From the NCBI GenBank assembly GCA_026414225.1, contig JAOAJK010000008.1:1797-65796 (forward strand): a DNA stretch of 64,000 nt. The letters are read 5' to 3'. The notes under the pieces were generated by a model, which ran no database searches, was not told the DNA's origin, and saw only the letters and a program-made list of their open reading frames with translations. Both the position numbers and the translations under genes were made by a program. Of the stretch, positions 44,281-53,645 are shown in pieces. How positions within the stretch are numbered: the stretch's first letter is position 1; each line of letters starts with the position of its first letter. Origin of the DNA: Thermoplasmata archaeon (GTDB lineage Archaea; Thermoplasmatota; Thermoplasmata; Lutacidiplasmatales; SKW197).

Positions 44281-46854
44281 TTACCTTATGTGGTCAAGCG
44301 AGAATGACCCAATGCTTATCTTGTTCTTTGAGAAGTTATACTGGATCCATGCCCTTGACTGGACATCACAGATACCCTTCACACTCAAATAGGTTTTCAG
44401 CTGCTCAAGCTTGAACTCAATCGAACCGTCCATCATGTGTCCAAGCATCTGGATGTCCGATTCACTGTGCATCCCCGTCTCGATCGTGTAGAGGGCAACC
44501 GCCCTATCTCTCTTTCTTTTACCGCAGAAGGGCTGAAGGAACTTGAACACTGATGCAGTGTCTAGATAGGCAATAATTGTGGAGATTGACTCAAAGGTGA
44601 GGCGGTAATACTTGTGTTTCTTCTTGAACTCCTTCGCAATAGTATCAACTGCCTCCGCGATTCCCTTCGTGTCGGTGGGTTCATCGATGTAGATTGCATT
44701 GGGGTTGTTTGTTTCCTCGCCCATGCTCTTTGAATAGGCATCTACATATCTCACAAGACCTATTTTCTCATACTCTTCAAAACTGGGTACTATGAATCTC
44801 AATTCCTCAACAAGGGTTGGAATTGACTTATCGGTAATCACAAAGATGCCGGGCACACCTTTCTTTAAACCTTCCGCCATAAATAAATTCATGAGGACTT
44901 CCTTTCCAACATGTGGAGGACCATTTATGAGCACATTTGACCCGAAGGGAAAGCCCCCGTAAAGCAAATCATCAAGCCTTGTTACCCCGGACTTCACCTT
45001 CTCCTGCTTTATCTCCTGCTCCCTCTCTGCCTCCTTCATCTCGATTTCCTCAGCCACAAGCCCCCTCTCTTTAAGCCGCAATTCTTCCGATTTTGCCTGG
45101 AGATACCGTTCTCTCGCCCTCAGTTCCTCCTCTTTCTTTGCAATCTCCGCCTCCAGGTCCTCAAGCCGTCGCTTTGCCTCAATCGTCCGCGTGTCCTGAA
45201 TTTCTGCTCGCATCGCTGCAAGCTTCTTAAGTTCTTCCTGGAGTTTCTCTTCCCTATACCTTATGTCTTCCTCCCTTCTGTTGTATTCTTCTTCCTTGAA
45301 TGCCAGAGTATCCTTCAACTTCCGCATCTCCTCTTCTTTGAAACGAATTTCTTCCCGCAATCTTCCAATTTCTGCCTCTTTTAGAGCCAGTTCCTTTTCC
45401 TTCGCAGTGAGTTCCTGGATCTTCTTATTAAGGGTCTCTTCAATCTCTGGCACGGATTTCATCCTGAGTTCAAGGGCCTCCTGCTCCAGCTTTCTTTCAA
45501 TCCGCAGGTTCTGGTTCTCCTGCTCCAGTTCTATGATTCTTCTCTGGAGGGCACTTTCCTTTTCCACAAACTCCTTTTCCTTCGCTATGAGTTCCTCTTC
45601 CATCCTGGCACGGATTTCCGCTGAGGCCCCGTTTGTCATTGCGGTTGCGGATGCTTCCCTCAGTTCTGCAATTGTCTTGTTGAGGGCTTCTATTTCCTTC
45701 TCCTTCGTTGCAATCAAACCCTCGAGTTCTGCCACTCGCATTTCCATCTTCTTGTATGCCTGGGCGTCCTTCGGCAGTGACTGGATTCCCTTTTCCAGTG
45801 CCTCCTTGAGTTTGGCAATCTCCTCTTCCCTGCTCTTAAGCACAGAAGCAAGTGCTTCCTTCTCTCTCAGTTCATTTTCAAGCCGTTTTTTAACCGAGTT
45901 CAACTCCGCATCCTTCGCCTTTGCCTGCTGCGCCTTCACATACTTTATTATTGCGACCGTGCCCTTCTTCACATGGTCCAGTTCTTCCTCCATCTGTTTT
46001 CTTTTCTTCACCTCTTCCTGAAGTTGCTTGCTCATCACAGCGGTTTCCTCAATGAGCTTCATCGGGTCAAATGCACCTGACCTCACCCTATCCATGTATT
46101 TTCCCATAATTTCCTTCATTGACTCAATCTCGGCTTTCATTTTTGCAATTTCTTCTTCTTTCTGGCTAAGGAGTTTTTCCTTCTCGGCAAGCTGAACTCC
46201 CACCGCATCAAGTCCGTGTGTTGAGATTTTTTCTGCAACCGCCACCGCTGCCTTCTCTTCCTCCAGCCACTCACCCAGTGCGGTTTCATCACCCTCCAGC
46301 CATTTCTTCAAACTTTCAACTTTCTTTACATTTTCCTTCTCGGATATGGACGGCAATGCCGATTTTTTCTCCTTCCCGACCTCCCCAAAAACCTTGGTTT
46401 CGCTCTCTCCAGTAAGCCATTTTTCGAGGGCATCGTCGCTTTTCGTGGCTCCAGCTATCTCTCTAGTTTCCGCAGTTTTTGATTGTGCAGTGGTTTTGGT
46501 CTCCGGTTCTTCAGTTTTTTCTGATAATTTGCGCTTTACAGCTGCGGCCTCCTCTTTCGTCAAGCCGGTAGCAACGAGTTCATCCTCAAGGGCATCCTTC
46601 AGTTCGTCAACTGTGTCAAAACCATTCTCCACAAGCAACTCTGCCTTCATTCTCGGGAGCCCTAACACTTCCACAAATGTGTTTATTGCTTCCTCTCGCT
46701 GGACTTTAGCTCCAGAGGTTTTTCCAGCCATTCCCTTAAGGGCGGTGCCACAGTTCGGGCAGGTGCTGGCGCTATCACTAACACTCCTACCACAAACCGG
46801 ACACACGATTTTTGTGGTTTCAATTGTTCCAATTATCTTCGGCTTCTTGGTCAT
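44281..46854 (-). CDS. zinc-ribbon / HhH-like / ~450-aa coiled-coil protein ending in a KaiC/RecA-like domain with non-canonical Walker A
   Basis: CPVCG...CPNCG at aa 18-36. The central region is E/K/L/A heptad-rich. C-terminal 235 aa: LDDLLYGGFPFGSNVLINGPPHVGKEVL (GKE instead of GK[ST]) and ...YYRLTFESIS (Glu where the Walker B Asp is expected). Confidence 0.75.
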   Translation of the reverse strand: MTKKPKIIGTIETTKIVCPVCGRSVSDSASTCPNCGTALKGMAGKTSGAKVQREEAINTFVEVLGLPRMKAELLVENGFDTVDELKDALEDELVATGLTKEEAAAVKRKLSEKTEEPETKTTAQSKTAETREIAGATKSDDALEKWLTGESETKVFGEVGKEKKSALPSISEKENVKKVESLKKWLEGDETALGEWLEEEKAAVAVAEKISTHGLDAVGVQLAEKEKLLSQKEEEIAKMKAEIESMKEIMGKYMDRVRSGAFDPMKLIEETAVMSKQLQEEVKKRKQMEEELDHVKKGTVAIIKYVKAQQAKAKDAELNSVKKRLENELREKEALASVLKSREEEIAKLKEALEKGIQSLPKDAQAYKKMEMRVAELEGLIATKEKEIEALNKTIAELREASATAMTNGASAEIRARMEEELIAKEKEFVEKESALQRRIIELEQENQNLRIERKLEQEALELRMKSVPEIEETLNKKIQELTAKEKELALKEAEIGRLREEIRFKEEEMRKLKDTLAFKEEEYNRREEDIRYREEKLQEELKKLAAMRAEIQDTRTIEAKRRLEDLEAEIAKKEEELRARERYLQAKSEELRLKERGLVAEEIEMKEAEREQEIKQEKVKSGVTRLDDLLYGGFPFGSNVLINGPPHVGKEVLMNLFMAEGLKKGVPGIFVITDKSIPTLVEELRFIVPSFEEYEKIGLVRYVDAYSKSMGEETNNPNAIYIDEPTDTKGIAEAVDTIAKEFKKKHKYYRLTFESISTIIAYLDTASVFKFLQPFCGKRKRDRAVALYTIETGMHSESDIQMLGHMMDGSIEFKLEQLKTYLSVKGICDVQSRAWIQYNFSKNKISIGSFSLDHIR

Positions 46855-46875
46855 GCTTTCTTACCGTGAGCCATT

Positions 46876-48162
46876 TTACAGTATAAATTTTTCTGGTTCT
46901 ACGTTTCTGTGCTTCAACCCGAGGGTCGCCACCTCGAATTTTCTGTTACCATACAGTTCTGCCTCTTTCCTGCCAGCATACAGGGCTGCAGTTATGCGCC
47001 CCGCCGCGTCTGCCTTCATTATACCTGAGCCGCTTGAACCTACTGCAATTATAACATTATGCGTTTCAAATATGTAAGGGTTTGCATCGAGGGTGTTCAT
47101 GTCGTAAAGCCCTGCCCACTTATTCGCTGCCTTTAAACCGTCAAACATTGGCATGTATTTCCGGAGCACCTGATAGATGTTGTAATCATAGTATTCATCT
47201 GTAGCCTTTGGGTCTTCTTCAAACAGATAGGGCGCCCCGAAGTGCTCGTGCCCGGATGCCCACACACTTCCTTCAATTCTATCCACCCTTATGTAAATTG
47301 CTGCCTTCGGAAAGATTGTGAATGGCAGAGCATTGAATTGATTGAAACCCTCCACCTTCATCAGCGGCGCCAGTTTCTGGCTCCTGAGCACAAACATCTG
47401 ACGTTTAACTGATTTAATCATGCAGTCAATTCCAACAGGGTCAAGAATATTGGGTGCCCAGGAATTTGCAGCAATTATGACTTTATCCGCATTTACCGTT
47501 TTCCCGCTCTTTAACCTGACACCTGTAATCTCTACATCCTGCCAGATTAGGGGTTCACACTCGAGTCCGAGCTTCTCCCTTGGCTCCAACAGCGGCATCG
47601 CCACCTCGGTATTATAAATCACCTGACCTCCCATTTTCTTGAACTCGGTTTCGTAGAACCTCGTGAGTTTATCTGCATCCACAAAGCCACACTTCACACC
47701 GAAAACCCCTTTTTCTATCGACTCAAGTCCCATCATCCGAGCTTCCTCGTCGGCCGGGTCGATATCCGTGTTCAGATAGGGCATTATCTTTTTCAGCTCC
47801 TCCTTCTCATAGAATTTCAATTTCACACCGTTGTGCTGCATTTTGGCTAGCACATCCTTATTTCTCTCAAGCTGCGAATGGCTCATAAGCCAGAGATAGC
47901 CCGCCTGCTCCAGCCCGATGTCGTGGCCCTGCCTGTGAATGTCTAGATAGAAATCCACGCTCGTATCAGCGAGCAGAAAATTTGTCTTGGAGGAGAACAC
48001 ATTCCTGAAGGCACCCGCACTCTTCGCCGTGTTTCCCTGACCACAGGTCGGAAATTTCTCAAAAATGGTTACCTTCTTGCCTGGATTTTCCTTCAGAATG
48101 TGATACCCTATTGCGACCCCGAATATCCCTGCCCCAACGATTACAATATCCTGCTTTTCCAT
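46876..48162 (-). CDS. FAD-dependent oxidoreductase (DAO family)
   Basis: DIVIVGAGIFGVAIGYHI dinucleotide fold with EKF... 428 aa; substrate unknown. Confidence 0.75.
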   Translation of the reverse strand: MEKQDIVIVGAGIFGVAIGYHILKENPGKKVTIFEKFPTCGQGNTAKSAGAFRNVFSSKTNFLLADTSVDFYLDIHRQGHDIGLEQAGYLWLMSHSQLERNKDVLAKMQHNGVKLKFYEKEELKKIMPYLNTDIDPADEEARMMGLESIEKGVFGVKCGFVDADKLTRFYETEFKKMGGQVIYNTEVAMPLLEPREKLGLECEPLIWQDVEITGVRLKSGKTVNADKVIIAANSWAPNILDPVGIDCMIKSVKRQMFVLRSQKLAPLMKVEGFNQFNALPFTIFPKAAIYIRVDRIEGSVWASGHEHFGAPYLFEEDPKATDEYYDYNIYQVLRKYMPMFDGLKAANKWAGLYDMNTLDANPYIFETHNVIIAVGSSGSGIMKADAAGRITAALYAGRKEAELYGNRKFEVATLGLKHRNVEPEKFIL

Positions 48163-48278
48163 GAACCGCTGAATATGTGGATATATTTTAATTTTTTTGG
48201 AAACGCAAAGGGACTTTTCCCTCCATCAACCACAGAAATGGTTATAACTTCCAACGGTATTCATCGCACGGTGAGACC

Positions 48279-49094
48279 ATGTTCTACTTTGGACCTGCAG
48301 GGATTCCGGCAAGGTGCAAGGGTTATGAGGAAGCATTTGACTACTTGAGACAACTGGGGTTGAATGCAATGGAACTGGAATTTGTAAGGGGTGCAAGAAT
48401 GAGTTTGGACAGGGCAACGGAAGTTGGAGAACAGGCAGAAAAACAGGGGATAAGGCTTTCTGCCCACGCCCCCTACTTCATCAACCTGAACTCGAAGGAA
48501 AAGGAAAAGGTTGAGAAAAGCATTGCCCACATCGTGAAAACTGCCCAGGTCGCGTCCGCCGCCCGTGCGTCGCCTGTCGTGGTCCATGCGGGTTATTACT
48601 CGGGTAAAAAGCCACCAGAGGCAACGGAAATCATCACAGCAAACCTTGAGCGGTGCATCGAAGAGATCGAGGAAGGTGGCGCTAACAACACGATTATAGG
48701 GCTTGAGACGATGGGAAGGGTCAGTGCCTGGGGAACGCTTGACGAAATCCTGGAGGTTTGCAGCCGCTTCAAAAATGTGGTGCCAGTGGTTGACTTTGCC
48801 CACATGTATGCGAGAACCAACGGACAAATCAGGAACGAGGAAGGGTTTGAGGAAATTGTGAGAAAATTCGAAACAGGTGGATATCCGTTCATGCATGTGC
48901 ACATGAGCAGCATTGCCTACACCGCAAAAGGGGAGAGGATGCATCTTTCAATGGAACAATCCTCTGAGCCGGATTTCAGGATAATTGCAAGGGTGCTGAA
49001 AAAACGCAGATATCCAATCACAATAATTTCTGAAAGCCCGGTGCTTGAATTGGATGCCCTTAAAATGAAAAAAATAGTTGAGGAAACACCATGA
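48279..49094 (+). CDS. AP-endonuclease-2 / xylose-isomerase-like TIM-barrel protein (endonuclease IV-related)
   Basis: G..AMELEF...SAHAPYFINL...VVVHAGYY...IGLETMG...DFAHMYAR...HVHMS metal-ligand pattern. Confidence 0.7.
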   Translation: MFYFGPAGIPARCKGYEEAFDYLRQLGLNAMELEFVRGARMSLDRATEVGEQAEKQGIRLSAHAPYFINLNSKEKEKVEKSIAHIVKTAQVASAARASPVVVHAGYYSGKKPPEATEIITANLERCIEEIEEGGANNTIIGLETMGRVSAWGTLDEILEVCSRFKNVVPVVDFAHMYARTNGQIRNEEGFEEIVRKFETGGYPFMHVHMSSIAYTAKGERMHLSMEQSSEPDFRIIARVLKKRRYPITIISESPVLELDALKMKKIVEETP

Positions 49095-50218
49095 AAATTT
49101 TGCAGGTGGCACCGTACTTTCACCCGCATGTCGGCGGTGTGGAATCCCATGTGTTTGCCCTATCCAGGGGGCTGGTGGAGCTCGGGCATGAGGTGAAGGT
49201 TCTCACCGCAAACCACACAAATAAACTGCCCACAGAAGAAAAATTTGAAGGACTTGAAATTATAAGGGTGCCAACGCTCGCAAACCTGTTCAACACCCCG
49301 ATAAATCCCTCAATTTTTTTCAAAGTGAGAAAATTAGATTTTGAAGTGGCCCATCTGCATTTCCCACCACCCCTCGCCTCCTTCTTCGCTGCCCTCTCGC
49401 TTGTGAAACTGAAAAAACCCTATGTGCTTACCTATCACTGTGATGTGGAGCTACCAGTGCCACTGGGCAACCTGATCGTTGAAGTATACAGAAACACGAT
49501 GGGAAGATACACCGTGGAGCATGCCTCGAAAATCATCGTGCATACAAAAACCTACCAGGCGACCTCAAGAAGCATCTGGAATCTGGAGCCAGTGATAATC
49601 CCCTCTGCCGTGGATACCCAGCGGTTCTCACCAGAACGATTTTCGCCCGAGTTAAAGAAAAGGTATGGAACCTTCAGAATTGTGCTGTTTGTGGGGCGGC
49701 TGGTTTACCAGAAAGGTGTGAGTTTCCTGATTGATGCATTCCAGTATCTCCCGAACAACGTTTTGTTGCTCATCGTTGGGGATGGGCCTGAAATGGAAAA
49801 CCTCAAAAAACTCGCGAAAATTCGCAATCTGGAACATAGGGTCATCTTCCTTGGCAGAATTTCGCATTTTGAACTCCCTTCCTATTTTGCGACTTGCGAT
49901 GTATTCGTGCTTCCCTCAGTTTCCCGGCTTGAAGCGTTCGGGCTCGTGATCGTTGAAGCAATGGCCTCCGGGAAGCCAGTTGTGGTTGCAGACATTCCGG
50001 GCGTGAATGAGGTGATTGAGGATGGCAGGGAGGGTTTGCTCTGCAAACCGATGAACCCTGAGGACCTGGCTGAAAAGATAAAAAGATTACTTGAAAATCC
50101 AGATCTGGCTAGGAGGCTCGGAGAAAACGGTAGGAAGACCGCCCTTGAAAAATATGAGTGGAGAAAAATTGCAAAGGATGTTGAAAGGGTTTATATGGAG
50201 GTTCTGAGAGCTCAGTGA
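49091..50218 (+). CDS. GT4-family (GT-B) glycosyltransferase
   Basis: MKILQVAPYFHPHVGGVESHV and EAFGLVIVEAMASGKPVVVADIPG (the E-x7-E region). ATGA overlap with the upstream gene. Confidence 0.85.
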   Translation: MKILQVAPYFHPHVGGVESHVFALSRGLVELGHEVKVLTANHTNKLPTEEKFEGLEIIRVPTLANLFNTPINPSIFFKVRKLDFEVAHLHFPPPLASFFAALSLVKLKKPYVLTYHCDVELPVPLGNLIVEVYRNTMGRYTVEHASKIIVHTKTYQATSRSIWNLEPVIIPSAVDTQRFSPERFSPELKKRYGTFRIVLFVGRLVYQKGVSFLIDAFQYLPNNVLLLIVGDGPEMENLKKLAKIRNLEHRVIFLGRISHFELPSYFATCDVFVLPSVSRLEAFGLVIVEAMASGKPVVVADIPGVNEVIEDGREGLLCKPMNPEDLAEKIKRLLENPDLARRLGENGRKTALEKYEWRKIAKDVERVYMEVLRAQ

Positions 50219-51078
50219 ATCTCCTTCACCGCAAGAATTTCCGTGCGGAACCCTGAGAACGAAGAGAGGAGCACCTTCTCCCTGGCAAACGCACCTGTTT
50301 CCTCAATGTATTTTGCAAAATGTTCCACACTGAACAGCTCTTTCTCCGGAACCTTGACTGAAACGAAAGCGGCTCTGGATGGAGAGACCTCTATGTCATT
50401 TAATGCCTGGAGCAAGCTTGTGCCCATTCCCAGGTCTGCCCTTCCCTTCACCGGATGTTTCTTCAGCATCTCGATACTCTTCCCAGTGAATCCATTTACC
50501 ACATGTTCCACCAGTGCATCAGCCATCTGATTTGCTATCTTCACCACCTTCATGAATCTCGTCTCATGGGAAAGGTCTGCAATCAACTGATTGTCAATAA
50601 GCCAGATATTGCCACCGCTCAGATAGTCAATCGCCTTATTCAGATCAAAATTACCTTCAAAGCAAAATGGGGCGTAGCCTATCACCAGCACAAGTTTGTG
50701 TTCGTAAATTTCCTTCAATGCCTTTGCAACTCCCATTCCTGTTCTTCCCCGGAGGGCAGTGATAACCACAATTACATCTGGTTCCCCTACTGCCTCTGTA
50801 ATCTTTTTGTAGTTGGCTACGCATAGGTGGTAAACATCCTCGCTGGTGTATTCCTCAAGGTTCTGCTCCGAGAGATAGATACGGTGCTGGGCGGCAGCAC
50901 TCAGCAAACTCCCACCGAGAGTGAGATTAATTGCCACCTTCTTTATTCTTGGCGTCTCAATTTTTATCTCCCTGAGTGTGTTGATGCCTGCACCACCACA
51001 ACCCACAACGCAGAGGTCAATCGGAGATGGATTTTCATCAAACATTTTTATCACATTCATCTTCTCACCCCCGTTCAT
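50212..51078 (-). CDS. degenerate FtsZ/tubulin-like protein lacking the canonical GGGTG[ST]G signature
   Basis: The T1-like VVGCGGAGINT is retained. The T4 position reads ITALRGRTGMG instead of AGMGGGTGTG. There is a PFCFEG-like T5 motif, and no NxDxxD T7 motif is visible. Its start lies 8 nt after the ftsZ stop. Confidence 0.6.
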   Translation of the reverse strand: MNGGEKMNVIKMFDENPSPIDLCVVGCGGAGINTLREIKIETPRIKKVAINLTLGGSLLSAAAQHRIYLSEQNLEEYTSEDVYHLCVANYKKITEAVGEPDVIVVITALRGRTGMGVAKALKEIYEHKLVLVIGYAPFCFEGNFDLNKAIDYLSGGNIWLIDNQLIADLSHETRFMKVVKIANQMADALVEHVVNGFTGKSIEMLKKHPVKGRADLGMGTSLLQALNDIEVSPSRAAFVSVKVPEKELFSVEHFAKYIEETGAFAREKVLLSSFSGFRTEILAVKEIH

Positions 51079-51086
51079 TGGACCAC

Positions 51087-52136
51087 CTACCTTGTAAGTT
51101 CAACCACCCCAGGCATGACCTCGTATATTCCTTCAGGTTCCAGCGGCACCAGTGACCTGACACCCACTGCAATTGCCATCACCCTGATACTTCCCTCGCA
51201 CTCCGGCAAAATTCTTGCTCCGAAGATTATGTTTGCATCATCACTGAAACGGGAGGCAATTCCCTCAATGACTGTGTTAGCATTCCTCAGCGTGAGCTTC
51301 GTTCCGCCTGTAATATGGATTATTGCAGCCCTTGCACCCGTGTAGTCGACATCCAGGAATGGATTGTTGAGGGCATCTTCCACAATTTTCTCGGGCTCCT
51401 CCTCAGAGCCCTCTCCATAGAGGAGCGTACTCATGTTGCCATCCGCATAAGAAAAGATTGTCCTCAGGTCTGCATAGTCGATGTTGATTAGTGAGGGAAG
51501 GGTGAGCGTATCAGTTACACCTGAAATCATCTCAGCAATCACCTGGTCCATCACCCCAAAGGCATGTTCAAGCGGAAGTGTCGGGGCAATATCCAGGAGT
51601 TTGTTGTTGTCCAGCACAATCAAGCAGTCGGAGAATCTCCGCATGGCCGCAATTCCCTTTTTTGCTGTCGGGATCCTTCCCTTTTCATACCTGAACGGCG
51701 AAGTTGCCACAGAAATCACAATCGCTCCTGCCTCCTTCGCAATCTCCGCTACAACTGGGGCTGCACCCGTGCCTGTGCCACCACCCATCCCGGCAATCAC
51801 AAATGCGATGTGGGTACCTCTGAACGCTGTTTCAAGTTCTCGCCTTGAAAGTTCCGCGGCATGTGCACCTATTTCAGGCAGTCCTCCAGCGCCGTTGCCC
51901 CGCGTCAGGTGTCCCCCGAGCAAAATCTTCTTCCTTGCATGGATTGATTTGAGATGCACATAGTCGGTGTTGATAGCGATAGAATCAATGTTCTTTACGC
52001 CCAGTTTCTGGAGGTGGTGTAAACTGTTGCACCCCGCACCGCCAACCCCTACAACCTTTATGTTTATCTCTGGTTTTGGCATGGGATACTCCTTTTCGAA
52101 TTCTTCCGCATCTTTTATTATTGAGTTTATTGTCAT
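51087..52136 (-). CDS. ftsZ: cell division GTPase FtsZ
   Basis: VVGVGGAGCNS, GAGG.PEIG, AGMGGGTGTGAAPVVAEIAKE, PFRYEG-type PFRYEKG, and INIDYADLRT (T7). Confidence 0.92.
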   Translation of the reverse strand: MTINSIIKDAEEFEKEYPMPKPEINIKVVGVGGAGCNSLHHLQKLGVKNIDSIAINTDYVHLKSIHARKKILLGGHLTRGNGAGGLPEIGAHAAELSRRELETAFRGTHIAFVIAGMGGGTGTGAAPVVAEIAKEAGAIVISVATSPFRYEKGRIPTAKKGIAAMRRFSDCLIVLDNNKLLDIAPTLPLEHAFGVMDQVIAEMISGVTDTLTLPSLINIDYADLRTIFSYADGNMSTLLYGEGSEEEPEKIVEDALNNPFLDVDYTGARAAIIHITGGTKLTLRNANTVIEGIASRFSDDANIIFGARILPECEGSIRVMAIAVGVRSLVPLEPEGIYEVMPGVVELTR

Positions 52137-52176
52137 GGTCCCACCCCTTCTGGTTTTTAATCGGACGGTCTGGCAT

Positions 52177-52515
52177 TTACTGGCTTTTTACGGTGGCAAT
52201 CTCCTTCAGCTTTTTCTCCAGGTAGTCCCTGATTGCGTTTCTTATCGCCTCCTCGATGCTCACGGCGTCCATTCCTTCGCTTATCATCGCCTCAAGTTTC
52301 AGTGCAAGGCTTTTCGGGAGAGCCAGTGTCACCATCGTGATGTTTTCAGGAGGCAGCTGTTTCTGGATGTAGTCGTCGAGGGCACGGCGGATTACCTCCG
52401 AGAGATTTTTCTCGTTATTCTTTTTCTGGATTTGCTCCAGTTTCTGGAGATACTCCAGAGGCAACCTCACCGTTATTCTTGCGGTCTCTTCTGCCATCAT
52501 ACCACCGTCAGCCAT
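52177..52515 (-). CDS. tandem ribbon-helix-helix (CopG-like) protein
   Basis: Two RHH units: ITVRLPLEYLQKLEQI...NLSEVIRRALDDYI and VTLALPKSLALKLEAMI...SIEEAIRNAIRDYL. The gene lies 40 nt upstream of ftsZ. Confidence 0.65.
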   Translation of the reverse strand: MADGGMMAEETARITVRLPLEYLQKLEQIQKKNNEKNLSEVIRRALDDYIQKQLPPENITMVTLALPKSLALKLEAMISEGMDAVSIEEAIRNAIRDYLEKKLKEIATVKSQ

Positions 52516-52590
52516 TTGCCTTCATTTTGTCCGACAAATAGACATACATTTGGAAGTATATAAACCTTTGCAGGGAGCGATTTTTATTAA

Positions 52591-52860
52591 TTATCTAATA
52601 TATTTTGATATATATAATTCTGTTCTTTTATTTATCGAAATTCCTGCCTTTTTCAGGTCATCCAGACACCGCTGCATCGTGGTTTTCTCAGGAAAGATCA
52701 CATAGTATGAATCAGTTCCAACAACCCTCAGCACGAGGATTTTCAGTCCTTTTTCCAGTATCACCTTGTCCATGCTTGCCTTGTATGCCACAAAAGGCAT
52801 TATGTTCTCTGGTACACCCGGATATGTGAGAACGCTCACAACCTCAGCAAAATGTTCCAT
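52591..52860 (-). CDS. small hypothetical protein (89 aa)
   Basis: ORF only; no motif recognised. Confidence 0.35.
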   Translation of the reverse strand: MEHFAEVVSVLTYPGVPENIMPFVAYKASMDKVILEKGLKILVLRVVGTDSYYVIFPEKTTMQRCLDDLKKAGISINKRTELYISKYIR

Positions 52861-52978
52861 GCAATGGTATAGACCCTCCGAGATTTAGATTTTTCCAACG
52901 ATGCATTTGCAGATAGGAAAAAGATATTAAAGCGGGAGAACTTATAGGTAACCAACCGTTCAGCATGATGGTGGAAAA

Positions 52979-53548
52979 ATGACTGAAATTACAGAGGGCT
53001 TCTGTAGGGCAGGCGTACTGCAAACGGACCTGGAGTACATTAAAAAGAAAAAGGGAAATGAAGGACTGAATAAACTGGATAAAGTTTTGAAAGGGATGGG
53101 GATATCGCTCCCTAATATCCAGAGCATGCGGTCCCGCGACAATGTACCTCTCTGGATGAGATGCAAATTCCTAGATGCATGTCTGGAAGTGTTCGACGGT
53201 AACATTGAAAAGATAAGAGAGATGGGTAGAGAGGCCCCCAAGGCATCAATGCTGATAAAGATGCTGTATCCATTTCATCTCAGCCCGAATTATGCCCTGA
53301 CACATGCATCCCGAGTGTGGCGGGACCACTATTCTGCTGGAGAACTTGTGATTCTAGAAAGTTCATCCTGCCATGCCCTGCTTGCCCTGAAAAATTTCAG
53401 GACCACAAAGTTGATGTGCATCTTCTTTGCGGGTGCGTTCGTGGGCGTGGGCGACCTTACCAAGGCAAAAAATCTGGTTTGCACTGAAGTAAAATGTGTG
53501 AATGAGGGTCATGAATGGTGTGAGTATGCTTTTAAGTGGGACATCTGA
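52979..53548 (+). CDS. V4R-like (4-vinyl-reductase / DUF2378-like) small-molecule-binding domain protein, copy 1
   Basis: 189 aa. The C-terminal LMCIFFAGAFVGVGDL...VCTEVKCVNEGHEWCEYAFKW matches the V4R ending (E.kC...Gd..CeF). Confidence 0.6.
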   Translation: MTEITEGFCRAGVLQTDLEYIKKKKGNEGLNKLDKVLKGMGISLPNIQSMRSRDNVPLWMRCKFLDACLEVFDGNIEKIREMGREAPKASMLIKMLYPFHLSPNYALTHASRVWRDHYSAGELVILESSSCHALLALKNFRTTKLMCIFFAGAFVGVGDLTKAKNLVCTEVKCVNEGHEWCEYAFKWDI

Positions 53549-53645
53549 TTTTTTTATAATGCTAGAAATCAAGCACCGAACTGAGAAAGATTATTAAAGC
53601 AGGAAGGAATACAGGGTTACAACAGCTCAAAATGCCGGTGGAGAT

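Noticed and set aside
45263-46021. 252-aa Ser/Phe/Leu-rich plus-strand ORF
   Set aside because: It is the mirror image of the GAA/AAG/CTT-rich coiled-coil coding strand, a classic antisense shadow ORF.
48261-48944. 227-aa minus-strand ORF
   Set aside because: It is antisense to the endonuclease-IV-like TIM-barrel gene, which shows the expected metal-ligand pattern.
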